Positions 1 through 10,162 of a stretch of DNA of 64,000 bases are shown in pieces. The DNA is from an uncultured Veillonellaceae bacterium. Lineage in GTDB: Bacteria; Bacillota; Negativicutes; JARBTT01. The stretch is taken from assembly GCA_963805085.1 (NCBI GenBank), contig CAWDTA010000004.1, forward strand, positions 224,001-288,000. The letters are read 5' to 3'. The notes beneath the pieces are model-generated. The model was not told the origin of the DNA. It ran no database searches and saw only the letters and a list, made by a program, of their open reading frames with translations. Every line of letters begins with the position of its first letter. Position 1 is the stretch's first letter. A program made the position numbers and the translations under genes.

Positions 1-525
1 ACCTGCTGTTTGTTTTAGCAAGGCTTCTACTTCTTCTAAAAATCCCATGTGAAGCATTTGATCCGCTTCATCGAGCACTACTTTGTTTACGCCAGCAAGA
101 CTTAATCTTTCACGACGCAATAAATCTAAAATACGCCCTGGCGTTCCAATGATAATATGCGGTTTTTGTCCTAACTTTTGCACTTGCCGATCAACGGCTT
201 GCCCACCATAAACAGTTAACGATCGTACACCAATACTAGCACCAATTTTTTGCGCTACCGAAGTTATCTGTAGTGCAAGTTCCCTCGTTGGCGTAACGAT
301 TAGCGCTTGAACTACGGGAGCATTGACTTTGATTTTTTCCATGATCGGTAGTAAAAAAGCAAGTGTCTTTCCTGTACCAGTCTGTGCTTGCACGATAACA
401 TCTTTCCCACTACGAATCACTGGTATTGCTACTTCTTGTACTGGTGTCGCTTCTATAATACCATTTTGTTTTAATACCAAACATAACTCTTCATTGATTT
501 TAAGTTCTACAAACTTTTTCCCCAC
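1..525 (-). CDS. DEAD/DEAH-box RNA helicase, N-terminal part (runs off window)
   Basis: Manual translation from GTG at 525 (RBS GAGGTG): Q-motif TPVQ, AQTGTGKT, PTRELA, GTPGRI, LDEADQML. Confidence 0.93.
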   Translation of the reverse strand, partial: MGKKFVELKINEELCLVLKQNGIIEATPVQEVAIPVIRSGKDVIVQAQTGTGKTLAFLLPIMEKIKVNAPVVQALIVTPTRELALQITSVAQKIGASIGVRSLTVYGGQAVDRQVQKLGQKPHIIIGTPGRILDLLRRERLSLAGVNKVVLDEADQMLHMGFLEEVEALLKQTAG

Positions 526-546
526 TAAATGCACCTCTTATTTTTA

Positions 547-738
547 TTATAATATTTCTTGTACTCTGCCAACAATGCCGCCTACCAAACGAACTTTAAT
601 CCCCCGAGGATGAATTGCACTATTTGTTAAAAGGTCTTTTACAATCCCCTCTGTTAATTGTCCAGTCCGTTGATGCTCTTTCTGGACGATCTTCACTTTT
701 GTCCCAGCCTTTATATTTTTTCTTTCTGTACCGTTCAT
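547..738 (-). CDS. YwbE family protein
   Basis: MNGTERKNIKAG..VKIVQKEHQRTGQLTEGIVKDLLTNS..HPRGIKVRL..G.VGRVQ is typical of YwbE/DUF2196. Confidence 0.85.
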   Translation of the reverse strand: MNGTERKNIKAGTKVKIVQKEHQRTGQLTEGIVKDLLTNSAIHPRGIKVRLVGGIVGRVQEIL

Positions 739-793
739 GATTAACCTCATTTTTTATTCATTCTATTTCTATTTTAGTTTAATTTTGCAAAAA

Positions 794-828
794 AAACAAA
801 TGAACTTCCAATAATACTCTTATATGAT
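794..828 (+). promoter_or_regulatory. Direct-repeat box (ACAAA/TCCAA, 11-bp period) plus -10 TATGAT; putative autoregulatory site of the two-component system
   Basis: CAAATGAACTTC is identical to the site at 36964; -10 lies 16 nt after the start of the last repeat. Confidence 0.6.
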
Positions 829-900
829 ATTATTATAAGTAAAACGATATCATATAAGTAGTCACTTATATAAAATTAAAAATTGAAAGGATTCAATTGT

Positions 901-1563
901 ATGAATTTATTATTGGTAGAAGATGAAGTAAAGCTAAGTGAGTCTCTGACTGTATTAATCAGCCGTGCCGGTTACACCGTTGATACTGCTTTAGATGGCT
1001 TAAAAGCTTTAGAAAAAATTAGAAATAATGAGTATGCTGTAATTATTTTAGATCGAATGTTACCTTGTTTAGATGGACTATCTGTATTACAGCAAATGCG
1101 TAAAGAAAAAAACAATACACCGGTTTTATTCTTAACGGCGAAAGATTCACCTTCGGAGCGTGTTGCTGGTCTAGAAGCTGGGGCTGACGACTACTTAATC
1201 AAACCATTCTTTACCGAAGAATTACTAGCAAGAATCAAAGTATTAATTAAACGTGTAGAAAAGAAAGCACCTGAAGGCGTTATCGAAGTCGCAGGTATCA
1301 CGTTATATACACTGCATGGCGAAGTCATCAATGGCAAAGAAAAATTCCAGCTCACAGTAAAAGAAGCAGCTTTGCTGGCACTTTTAATGAGCAATAAAGG
1401 GCAAGTCATCACCAAAGAACGTATTATGGAAAAAATTTGGGGCTATGATAGTGAAACGAATATTGCGAATGTCGATCTCTACATCTATTATTTACGAAAA
1501 AAATTAAATATATCAAATATCAAAACTATCCGTGGCATTGGTTACTGTTTTGAGGAGGAGTAA
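901..1563 (+). CDS. OmpR/PhoB-family response regulator (CiaR-like)
   Basis: LLVEDE, LDRMLP, LTAKD, GADDYLIKPF receiver; winged-helix end IKTIRGIGY. Confidence 0.95.
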   Translation: MNLLLVEDEVKLSESLTVLISRAGYTVDTALDGLKALEKIRNNEYAVIILDRMLPCLDGLSVLQQMRKEKNNTPVLFLTAKDSPSERVAGLEAGADDYLIKPFFTEELLARIKVLIKRVEKKAPEGVIEVAGITLYTLHGEVINGKEKFQLTVKEAALLALLMSNKGQVITKERIMEKIWGYDSETNIANVDLYIYYLRKKLNISNIKTIRGIGYCFEEE

Positions 1564-1566
1564 CTG

Positions 1567-2829
1567 ATGTTTAAAAAACTTCGCCTAAAATTAACTCTAA
1601 TCAACGTAAGCGTAATCGTAACACTATTTATTATTTTAAGCATCAGTTTATATGCCCTCTTAAGAATGAGTTCTCAACAAGGCACGATTTTTATGCTACA
1701 AAAGATAAGTGATGATGTTAAATATGACGAGAATTTTGAATTTCCTGAACATAAGAAGCCAGAAAAACCACCTAGCGATTTTACTGGCTTCATGCCACCA
1801 CCAAAACCAAATTTCTTCTTTGTAAAAGTTGCAAATAATGGAACTGTCCTTATGCATTCTACTGGTATTACGGTTACCGACTCGCAACTTCCAGAATTAA
1901 TTCATATCACAGCAGCAAAAAAATTAGATATGGACACCATTAATTTTGAAACTATTCCATTTGCTTATTTGCGAACCTATTTACCAGAGGAAAACTGCAC
2001 ACTGCTTGTATTTAACGATAAATCTGAACAAGAAGAACATATGAATCAACTGATAACCCATCTCTTACTGGTAGGTCTAGTTTGTAGCTTACTTTCATTC
2101 TTCGCAAGCTTTTTCTTAGCGAAACACACGATCAAACCAATTCAAGCTTCACTAGAACAACAAAATAATTTTGTTTCTGATGCTTCTCACGAGCTTAGAA
2201 CGCCAATTACGATCATTCAGACGAATTTAGATATCATCAAAGGTGCGCCACCTCACGAAACAATTGCGGATAATGAAAAATGGCTGAACAATATCCAAGA
2301 TGAAACCACCTGCATGACCGAACTTATTAATTCCTTATTATTCTTAGCACGGGCTGATGCCAACCAGCAGCTAATGGAAAAAGAATATTTCCCATTAAAT
2401 CCGACAATCTTGGATGCCATTCACCCTTTTGAAGTTATAGCCAAAAGAAATAATATTACACTTACGACAGATATGAATGGCCAAGTTACGGCTTTAGGAG
2501 ACTCTATTCGCCTTAAGCAGGTTCTTACGATACTGATTGACAATGCCATTCGCCATACACCAAAGCACGGTAGCGTCGTTGCTGGCTGTCATACCAAAGA
2601 TGATGCCATCTATATTACCGTTACCGATACTGGTGAAGGTATCGCGAAAGAACACCAACACAAAATCTTTGATAGATTTTATCAGGTTGACGAATCTCGC
2701 CATAAAGGCGGTTCTGGACTGGGCTTATCGATTGCCCAGTGGATTATTGAACAACATGGTGGAATGATTGGTGTGAAAAGCACCGTAGGTAAAGGTACAA
2801 CTTTTACAATCAAATTACCAACAAAATAA
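1567..2829 (+). CDS. Sensor histidine kinase (2 TM, HisKA, HATPase_c)
   Basis: FVSDASHELRTP, ILIDNAI, DTGEGI, GGSGLGLSIA. Confidence 0.95.
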   Translation: MFKKLRLKLTLINVSVIVTLFIILSISLYALLRMSSQQGTIFMLQKISDDVKYDENFEFPEHKKPEKPPSDFTGFMPPPKPNFFFVKVANNGTVLMHSTGITVTDSQLPELIHITAAKKLDMDTINFETIPFAYLRTYLPEENCTLLVFNDKSEQEEHMNQLITHLLLVGLVCSLLSFFASFFLAKHTIKPIQASLEQQNNFVSDASHELRTPITIIQTNLDIIKGAPPHETIADNEKWLNNIQDETTCMTELINSLLFLARADANQQLMEKEYFPLNPTILDAIHPFEVIAKRNNITLTTDMNGQVTALGDSIRLKQVLTILIDNAIRHTPKHGSVVAGCHTKDDAIYITVTDTGEGIAKEHQHKIFDRFYQVDESRHKGGSGLGLSIAQWIIEQHGGMIGVKSTVGKGTTFTIKLPTK

Positions 2830-2869
2830 AATGAGAATGGACTGTAAAAAAACAGTCCATTCTCATTTT
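2828..2869. terminator. Bidirectional intrinsic terminator
   Basis: aaaatgagaatggactgt / acagtccattctcatttt perfect inverted repeat. Confidence 0.85.
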
Positions 2870-2929
2870 ATTTTCAACTATATAATATAAAATACTGCTT
2901 GATATAAAAAGTAATCATCCATCTGGAAA

Positions 2930-3280
2930 TTAAACATTGGCATCACTTTCTTTTGTTTGACTCGTAAGTTCTACAGAGTATGCATCACCATTTTTTTAGC
3001 TAGCTTACTTGTTTCATTGGTTTTTGCTTTACTGCTAGTCGTCGAACTTGTTGAGCTTGAATTTTGCGCTTCTGCAATTTGTTCATCAATTTTCTCGACC
3101 TGCTTTTCATAATTTTTAATCGCTGCTTTATTCTTTTCTGCATCAGCTTGTTTCAATTGATTAACTTGATTTTGTAATAACATCTTTTTTTTGCTGCAAT
3201 GCAGCAATTGTAGATTGAGCATCTGATGTAGAGCCACTCGTTGCAGAACTACTCGTTGAGGAAATAGTACCAATACTCAT
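2930..3280 (-). pseudogene. FlxA-like Ser-rich/coiled-coil protein broken by two compensating homopolymer frameshifts
   Basis: ATG 3280 with RBS gives MSIGTISSTSS..QQKK; A8 at 3185-3192 shifts frame; A7 at 2991-2997 shifts back to GDAYSVELTSQ, matching the paralog's GPAYSVELSND. Confidence 0.65.
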
Positions 3281-3410
3281 ATAAATTCCTTCTAATACAT
3301 TAATTTGATAAAACACCACAATATCTACTACTAAATAACATTTTCAGCTAAAAGTCATACAATTTCTACCATTATTATCTTCTACATTTCTTTTAAAAGA
3401 GTTTGAACAT

Positions 3411-3462
3411 AAAAAATGTTAGAGATTGTAGCCTTTAAAGGAATACGATCTCTAACATTTTT
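3411..3462 (-). terminator. Intrinsic terminator
   Basis: aaaaaatgttagagat / atctctaacatttttt. Confidence 0.75.
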
Positions 3463-3476
3463 TGATTTTCTAACTA

Positions 3477-3863
3477 TTAACATACCATATATGTAATTTC
3501 ACTATCGGCCGTATACCCAAACGGGCGATAAGTAAGTTGATCATTACTTAATTCAACGCTATAAGCCGGGCCAATCATTGTAACAATTTCACTAGCTGCT
3601 GTTGACTCATAACTTTTTGACTCGGTCGCTGAAGTTACTGATTTTACTTTTGAAATCTGATTGTCGACATCTTCAATTTGCTGTTTTAACGTAGAAATCG
3701 CAGCTGTATTATCTTTATCATCACTCGCTGCTAATTGATTCATGTGCTGTTGCATGGACGCCTTCCGTTTTTTTGAAGACATCAAGAGTACTTCCTTACT
3801 GTCTGTACTATAACTCTGATACGTGCTGTAACTACTAGTAGGTGAAACACTATTAATTTTCAT
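3477..3863 (-). CDS. FlxA-like small Ser/Thr-rich coiled-coil protein
   Basis: MKINSVS start, central heptad region, C-terminal AYSVELS motif; paralog of 2930-3280. Confidence 0.65.
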   Translation of the reverse strand: MKINSVSPTSSYSTYQSYSTDSKEVLLMSSKKRKASMQQHMNQLAASDDKDNTAAISTLKQQIEDVDNQISKVKSVTSATESKSYESTAASEIVTMIGPAYSVELSNDQLTYRPFGYTADSEITYMVC

Positions 3864-3918
3864 GTTATAGCCCGCCTTTCAATCTAAACTATTTTAAAAT
3901 CGAATACTTATAGTACTT

Positions 3919-3973
3919 ATTATGCAACTCTTTTTTTTGAAATGACTTTGATTTTCCTTTGATTATTATTTGA
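3919..3973 (-). promoter_or_regulatory. Four TCAAA direct repeats (11-bp period) plus -10 CATAAT
   Basis: Plus-strand TTTGA at 3936, 3947, 3958, 3969; ATTATG at 3919-3924. Confidence 0.7.
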
Positions 3974-4017
3974 TTTTTAAAATCAGGAATATACTCCTTG
4001 TCTTTGATCTATACACG

Positions 4018-4171
4018 AAAAAATCAGGGCCTATGGATAGCCCTGATTTTTTCAGAATAAGAATAATTTGGGTGTGTGTGTGATGTTGTGAGTCTTTGGA
4101 CAACCGAGGTTGTCCTGTTCTAACTTGTGTGAGTTAGAAGTGTGTGTGTGAAATAAATGAGTCAATCTACA
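4018..4171 (-). ncRNA. Candidate CA-repeat small RNA (~150 nt)
   Basis: Own promoter (4178-4221), two hairpins, four UCACA tracts, terminator 4018-4052, no ORF. Confidence 0.55.
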
Positions 4172-4177
4172 ATTATT

Positions 4178-4221
4178 ATTATGCTATACTTTTCTTTGAA
4201 AATCCTTTGATTTTCCTTTGT
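4178..4221 (-). promoter_or_regulatory. Three TCAAA/ACAAA direct repeats (11-bp period) plus -10 CATAAT
   Basis: TTTGA 4195 and 4206, TTTGT 4217; ATTATG 4178-4183; same geometry as 3919-3973. Confidence 0.7.
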
Positions 4222-4309
4222 CTTTCATTTATTTGTACATTTATTTTTCTTTTTTTACATTTAAAATACTTAATTCACGCACTATGATACCATCTTATTT
4301 AAATAGTTT

Positions 4310-6247
4310 TTATTTTGCCATTAATTGCGCTATTTTGTTGGCAAAGGCAATTGGATCTTCCGGCAAGATCCCTTCGATTAATAATGCTTGTGTATAAAGT
4401 AAATCGCAATAATCCTTGAACGTATCAGAAGTCGCATCTTGATTAAAAATCGCTTGCAAACGGCCAAACAATTCATGATGTGGATTAATTTCTAAAATAC
4501 GGCGCGCTTTAAACATTGGATTGTTTGCTTCAGCAAAAACTTGTTCCATCGATAAACTAATCCCATTGTTGTCACTGACTAGGCACACTGCACTAGCTTT
4601 TAAGCGATTACTAATTTTTACATCGGCAATTTTATTATCTAAGGTTTCTTTAATTGCTTTGATTAAACTTTCATTATCTTTAGCAATCGTTTCAGCTTCT
4701 TTCTTCACTTCTTGTGCTTCTACGTCATCTAATTCTAAATCACCACGACTAACTGAATGAAATTTCTTATCGCCATATTCGCGTAATGCTTCAATCGCAA
4801 ATTCATCGACAGTATCGAATAAGTATAATACTTCAATACCTTTTTCTCGTAACAATTCCATTTGTGGTAGACGATCAATGGTTGCAGGATCTTTCCCTGT
4901 TGCATAGTAGATTGCTTTTTGGCTTTCTGGCATACGTTCTTTATATTCTTTTAAGCTTGTTAAGCTAGAACCTTCTTTCGAAGAAGCAAATAGCAACAAG
5001 TCTTTTAATTTCGCACTATCTTGTGGGTTTGTATAAACACCAATTTTAAAGGATTTACCAAATTCACCCCAGAATTTTTCGTATTTTTCACGGTCTTTAT
5101 TGAGCATTTTTTCTAGTGTTTTTAAGACATTCTTTTCAAGGTTTTTACCAATTAATTTGAGTTCACGACTTTGTTGTAATAACTCACGAGAAATATTTAA
5201 AGAGAAATCTGGTGAATCCACAAGTCCACGAACAAATCTCAAGTAATCTGGTAATAATTCTTGACATTTTTCCATGATGAATACATGACGAGAGTAAAGT
5301 TGAATACCAGCACTGTACTCTGCATGATATAAATTATATGGTGCATGCGTTGGAATGAATAAAATGGTTGTATATTCTACTGTACCTTCTGCTTTTGAAT
5401 GGATAATTTCCATTGGTTCTTCCCATTCATGGAATAGATTTTTGTAAAATTCATTATATTCTTCTGGCTTAATATCGTTTTTATTTTTTGTCCAAAGTGG
5501 CTGCATCGAATTTAATATGCGTATTTCATTGCGTTTTATTTTCTCTGCACCTTCGATTGGTTTGCCTTCTTCATCTTTTTGTTCTTCTTCAACAATAAAA
5601 TTCATTTTGATTGGAAAACGCACATAGTCTGAATACTTTTTAATTAAACTTTCTAAGGTATAAGTTTGCAAGAAGTTTTCTTCGGCCTTTTCGCCAAAGA
5701 ATTCTGGTAATAATGTCAAAATAATTGTCGTTCCACGATCAGCTTTTTCCGTTTCTTCAATGCTATAGCTGCCATCTCCAGTAGATTCCCATTTAACCCC
5801 TTTGCTTTCGCCAGCTTTACGCGTAATCAGCGTTACTTTTTCTGCTACCATGAAAGCAGAATAAAAACCAACACCAAATTGACCGATCAATTCTTTATCA
5901 GAAACCGATTCTTTTTGTTCTTTTAACTTTTCTAAGAATGATTTTGTACCCGATTTTGCAATTGTACCAACATTTTCGATAACTTCATCGTAAGTCATCC
6001 CAATCCCATTATCAGAAATTGTTAACGTATGGCTTTCCTCATCAGGAACTAAGTAAATTTCAAAATCAGATTTACCTTCTAATAATTCTTGATTGGTAAT
6101 TGATTCGAAACGAATTTTATCAATTGCATCCGATGCATTGGATACCAATTCCCGTAAAAAGATCTCACGATTCGTATAAATTGAATGAACCATTAAGTCC
6201 AATAATTGTTTCGTTTCTGCTTGAAACTCGCGCATTTCTTTTGCCAT
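4310..6247 (-). CDS. htpG: Chaperone HtpG (Hsp90)
   Basis: FQAETKQLLDLMVHSIY, FLRELVSNASDA, IGQFGVGFYSAF, LNISRELLQ. Confidence 0.98.
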   Translation of the reverse strand: MAKEMREFQAETKQLLDLMVHSIYTNREIFLRELVSNASDAIDKIRFESITNQELLEGKSDFEIYLVPDEESHTLTISDNGIGMTYDEVIENVGTIAKSGTKSFLEKLKEQKESVSDKELIGQFGVGFYSAFMVAEKVTLITRKAGESKGVKWESTGDGSYSIEETEKADRGTTIILTLLPEFFGEKAEENFLQTYTLESLIKKYSDYVRFPIKMNFIVEEEQKDEEGKPIEGAEKIKRNEIRILNSMQPLWTKNKNDIKPEEYNEFYKNLFHEWEEPMEIIHSKAEGTVEYTTILFIPTHAPYNLYHAEYSAGIQLYSRHVFIMEKCQELLPDYLRFVRGLVDSPDFSLNISRELLQQSRELKLIGKNLEKNVLKTLEKMLNKDREKYEKFWGEFGKSFKIGVYTNPQDSAKLKDLLLFASSKEGSSLTSLKEYKERMPESQKAIYYATGKDPATIDRLPQMELLREKGIEVLYLFDTVDEFAIEALREYGDKKFHSVSRGDLELDDVEAQEVKKEAETIAKDNESLIKAIKETLDNKIADVKISNRLKASAVCLVSDNNGISLSMEQVFAEANNPMFKARRILEINPHHELFGRLQAIFNQDATSDTFKDYCDLLYTQALLIEGILPEDPIAFANKIAQLMAK

Positions 6248-6282
6248 TCTATAAACCCCTTTACCTTAGTTATTTTTCATTG

Positions 6283-6309
6283 TTAGCACTCTGTGTCTGT
6301 GAGTGCTAA
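6283..6309. promoter_or_regulatory. CIRCE element (HrcA operator)
   Basis: Perfect TTAGCACTC-N9-GAGTGCTAA upstream of htpG. Confidence 0.97.
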
Positions 6310-6386
6310 CCCTATTGATAATAATAACTCTATTTGGCATTTAAATCAATATCTACAAGGCTTTTTTGTATAAAATTTTATTAATC

Positions 6387-6632
6387 TTAATGGTCTGGGG
6401 ACGAAAAATTTTTACACGTTACGTTTTTAAGCCAACTCATATGCAATATAACATGAAGAAGTATTGCTATGGTCATGATATACCCAGTCCAAATATGCAT
6501 TTTTTTCACCATCATACCTATTTCCCTTGTGCTCGCAAGATGAAAATCAATGACATAACCCGTACTTAGACATCCCACGCCAGAAATTAACAAGATAATA
6601 TCCACCCAATAATTTTTCATTACTTTTGTCAT
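6387..6632 (-). CDS. DUF4405-like small membrane protein (His-rich, cytochrome b-like)
   Basis: NYWVDIILLIS..STG..; MHIWTGYIM..LLHVILH..W; RBS GGAGG. Confidence 0.7.
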   Translation of the reverse strand: MTKVMKNYWVDIILLISGVGCLSTGYVIDFHLASTREIGMMVKKMHIWTGYIMTIAILLHVILHMSWLKNVTCKNFSSPDH

Positions 6633-6829
6633 ACTATTTCAATCCTCCAATATGTCTTTTAAAATTATAGTTAGAATATACCATTTATGTATGACAATTC
6701 AATGACAATATTTATATTTACGGGACTAAACATAACATTTATTTATGTTTATGCTATAATAGAACATTAATATGATAGTAATATTCTATTGCAAAAATTT
6801 AATCAATCATTTTTAGGAGGATACTTATT

Positions 6830-7069
6830 ATGCTAAAATCTATATCAAATTTTATTATAGGATTTGCCGTTTTTTTTATTATTTATTCCTTCATGAATAT
6901 GAATGCACTATCAACGAGTGAATTTTATATCAATATAGCGCTGGCCATTTCTTTCATTTGCACTAATATTTTTAACGTTATAAACTTTAACCGAGAAGGA
7001 ATGATCATCCTAAACACAATTACAATCATTTGCCTCTTGATTGCAATCATTTTATGGCTTATATCTTAG
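6830..7069 (+). CDS. Hypothetical membrane protein (3 TM)
   Basis: RBS AGGAGG; hydrophobic 79 aa. Confidence 0.65.
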   Translation: MLKSISNFIIGFAVFFIIYSFMNMNALSTSEFYINIALAISFICTNIFNVINFNREGMIILNTITIICLLIAIILWLIS

Positions 7070-7139
7070 CCCCTCCTTCTTCTATTTCAGAACAGTTTCC
7101 CAACTTCTACACAAGCCTTTAGCATTAAAATCTCGAATG

Positions 7140-7189
7140 AAAAAGTGGTATAAAATTAGCTTTCTGTTGCTATTTATACCACTTTTTTC
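7140..7189. terminator. Terminator between convergent genes
   Basis: aaaaagtggtataaa / tttataccacttttt. Confidence 0.7.
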
Positions 7190-7269
7190 GTTTATTTTTT
7201 ATTAATTTAATTCTATAATTTTGATATTTTATAAAACATTCTTAAGACAACTGCTTTGCGAGACAAACA

Positions 7270-9252
7270 TTAAACATTAAATTTATTTACTTCATTTTGT
7301 AAATCTTGTGCTAGTCTTGCCAAGGATTGACTGGCTGTAGTCATCTCATGCACAGAAGCCGACTGTTCTTCAGTTGCCGCCGAAACCGTTTGTGCTTCTT
7401 CTGAGGTTGCTTTACTAACTTGATGAATATTTTTCGTAGAATCATCAATTTGTTTCGCACCATCTGTAATCTTTTCTACTGAAACTTGGGCCAATTTCAC
7501 TCGATCATTAATCAAAATAACCATCTCATCAATTTCTTTAAAAATGTTACCAGCATTATTTACAATTTCGGCCCCATGTTTCACTTCATCGGTTCCATTA
7601 TGCATTGCATCAACTGCATGATCTGTGTCTACTTGAATTTGATGAATAAGTATCGCGATATGTTTTGCCGCTTCTTGTGACTGCTCAGCAAGCTTTCTCA
7701 CTTCTTCCGCTACAACTGCGAAACCTTTACCTTGTTCACCCGCCCGCGCCGCTTCAATTGCTGCATTTAATGCCAATAGATTAGTCTGCCCGGCAAGCCC
7801 AGAAATCGTATCTACAATTGCCCCGATTTCTTTCGAACGATCGCCCAATCCTTCCACTACTTGCGCGGAAACTCCAACGACAGATTCAATACTTTTCATT
7901 TGCTCTACAGCCTCTGCAACTGCTTGATTGCCTAAATTGGCTTTTGCTGCCGCACCAGACGCTTGTTCAACAACACGCTCTGTATTTGTTATCAGTTCTC
8001 TAATATTCTTACCAATACTTTCAACTTCTTGGGTTACTGTATCAATAGCCATCACTTGATTATCTGCCCCACCTGCTACATTCGTAATCGACTCAGCAAC
8101 CTGTAGAGATACTTGTGCCGATTGTTCCGCACTTGCCGTTAATTCCTCACTGGCTGCAGCAACTTGTTCAGCTGAATTGCTCACTTGTCTAATTAATGAT
8201 CCCAAAGATTTACGCATTTGAATCAAAGAATTATCAAGTCTGCCAATTTCATCATTACGATCTTGTATTTTCCGTTCAGTTTCTCTAAAATCACCATTTG
8301 CAAGTCTTTCTGAAAGCTCGGTCATTATTTGCATAGCATTTGTAATCTTCAAAATAGCCCACAAAATAATACCACCAAGCAATAACGCTATGATAAATGT
8401 ACCAATCGCAAAAAAGATTGCCATTTCATGAACCCCTGCAAACATTTCATTATAGTCCATGGATATACCAAGAACCCAACCACTATTGCCAACTGATACA
8501 CCACCGATGATTTTCTCTGTACCTTCAAACTCAATTGTTTGTACTACGTCTTCTCCTTTAGAAACACGGTCAAAAAAATCAGCTAAAATTGCATTATCAA
8601 CATTTTTAATATTGTCTTCACTTTTAAATTTAGGATGGGTAATAAACGAACCGTTTCTTGCTACCAAGAAAGCATACCCTGTGTTACCAACTTTAAACTC
8701 TTGTACTTTCTTTAATAGTTCTGTTAAATTTACATCATCACAAATCGAACCTTTTAAATTACCATCACTATTCATAATACGCTGACCGAGACTTACGACC
8801 ATACTATTATCCGAACCACTTTTATATACTTCTGTATATAATGGTTTATCTTCCTTAATACTGTTTTTATACCAATCTCTTTGCCTTACATCAACACCTG
8901 GCGGATAAGTCGTATTGTTACTAATTGCATATGTACCATCTTCTAAGCCAATCGTAATATTTAATGTCGTTTTACTTGCACCATCTTTAGTTAAATGAGT
9001 TAAAGTTTTAATTTCATCTAGGGTCAAATTTTGTTTACCGATCAGCACTGTTAAATGCTTAATTTGACTTTCTTCTTGTCTTAACTCATTATTTAATTGT
9101 TCACTATATGAATGCAACATATTACGATTTGTTTCTATAATTTGTGCTTCCATTTGATTTTTAGAAGTGTAATATCCGTAAAAACTCAACAAACTTACGA
9201 ATACTAAAACTGGAGCTAAAATCATGATTAACATCTTTGTTTTTAAATTCAT
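7270..9252 (-). CDS. Methyl-accepting chemotaxis protein (dCache, HAMP, MA)
   Basis: [34 protein letters not shown]; RDWY Cache motif. Confidence 0.95.
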   Translation of the reverse strand: MNLKTKMLIMILAPVLVFVSLLSFYGYYTSKNQMEAQIIETNRNMLHSYSEQLNNELRQEESQIKHLTVLIGKQNLTLDEIKTLTHLTKDGASKTTLNITIGLEDGTYAISNNTTYPPGVDVRQRDWYKNSIKEDKPLYTEVYKSGSDNSMVVSLGQRIMNSDGNLKGSICDDVNLTELLKKVQEFKVGNTGYAFLVARNGSFITHPKFKSEDNIKNVDNAILADFFDRVSKGEDVVQTIEFEGTEKIIGGVSVGNSGWVLGISMDYNEMFAGVHEMAIFFAIGTFIIALLLGGIILWAILKITNAMQIMTELSERLANGDFRETERKIQDRNDEIGRLDNSLIQMRKSLGSLIRQVSNSAEQVAAASEELTASAEQSAQVSLQVAESITNVAGGADNQVMAIDTVTQEVESIGKNIRELITNTERVVEQASGAAAKANLGNQAVAEAVEQMKSIESVVGVSAQVVEGLGDRSKEIGAIVDTISGLAGQTNLLALNAAIEAARAGEQGKGFAVVAEEVRKLAEQSQEAAKHIAILIHQIQVDTDHAVDAMHNGTDEVKHGAEIVNNAGNIFKEIDEMVILINDRVKLAQVSVEKITDGAKQIDDSTKNIHQVSKATSEEAQTVSAATEEQSASVHEMTTASQSLARLAQDLQNEVNKFNV

Positions 9253-9495
9253 ATTTACGCCCTTTCTTTTGAATACAATATACATAATTAAAAATACATA
9301 ATTTAATATTATACTATATATCAAAATTTGTCTATAAAGATTAATTTTGTAAATATTTATAATGAACTATTATAGATACCTTATCATACCATCTTCGCAT
9401 TCAAATCAATCAAAAAAAAGCTAGATTGACATTAATGCCAATCTAGCCTTTTACTTACCCTACCAACTAATTTAGAAAACAATCTATGAGTACAT

Positions 9496-10041
9496 TTATT
9501 TTGTTTTAAAACTCATTAAACCTAGTTGATATGGGTTAATTCTATCTCTAAAAATGGCTTTATTTGCAGTTAACGCAACCACATATTTTTTGCCGTTTTT
9601 TCCTCTAATATAGGTTTTCGCCATATCTTCAGTTTGAGCAATTGTATAAACTGCTGGTTGTCCTTCTACTTTAACAATCGCTGCTATTCCATTTTCCGCT
9701 ACGATTGCTTTTAGCACTTGATCCACTTGTTCTTTAGTTAATTTAGTTAAATCCGGAATATTTTCATCTGTAAATGCATCGGTCATGATAATCCAACCGC
9801 AATTCACTTCCATGCCTTCATTTTCAAAAACTAGCATAACTCCTTTATTGCCACCTGGTTGTCTTGATAAATCAATCTCTCCAACTGGTTTTTCTGGGCA
9901 TTCAATGGAAAAGCCATAAGTATCACTTGTATACGTATAAGCTGCTGCTTCTGTAACATTTGGTACAACTATAAGTACGGCTGCCAATACCGTTGCCATA
10001 GCAATTTTACGCACTGCTTTGAAAAGATTTTTTTTCATCAT
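9496..10041 (-). CDS. Exported hypothetical protein
   Basis: Signal peptide ending TEA-A; YTSDTYGFSI.CP start; RBS GGAGG. Confidence 0.7.
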   Translation of the reverse strand: MMKKNLFKAVRKIAMATVLAAVLIVVPNVTEAAAYTYTSDTYGFSIECPEKPVGEIDLSRQPGGNKGVMLVFENEGMEVNCGWIIMTDAFTDENIPDLTKLTKEQVDQVLKAIVAENGIAAIVKVEGQPAVYTIAQTEDMAKTYIRGKNGKKYVVALTANKAIFRDRINPYQLGLMSFKTK

Positions 10042-10106
10042 TTTTATCCTCCAAAAATTCATTATCACATGTATCATTATATAATATTCAAATAGAAATA
10101 ACTAGT

Positions 10107-10144
10107 AAAAATGCCCTTGGCAAGAAGTAGCCAAGAGCATTTTT
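10107..10144 (-). terminator. Terminator after RND operon
   Basis: aaaaatgcccttggc / gccaagagcattttt. Confidence 0.7.
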
Positions 10145-10162
10145 ATCATAAATTATGTTATA

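Noticed and set aside
323-613. Plus-strand 96-aa ORF and the many other short antisense ORFs in the track
   Set aside because: They are shadows of well-supported genes on the opposite strand (here the DEAD-box helicase), with no RBS or motifs
4070-4150. GT tracts as CRISPR array or simple microsatellite
   Set aside because: No repeat-spacer periodicity and no cas genes; the tracts are embedded in hairpins between a promoter and a terminator
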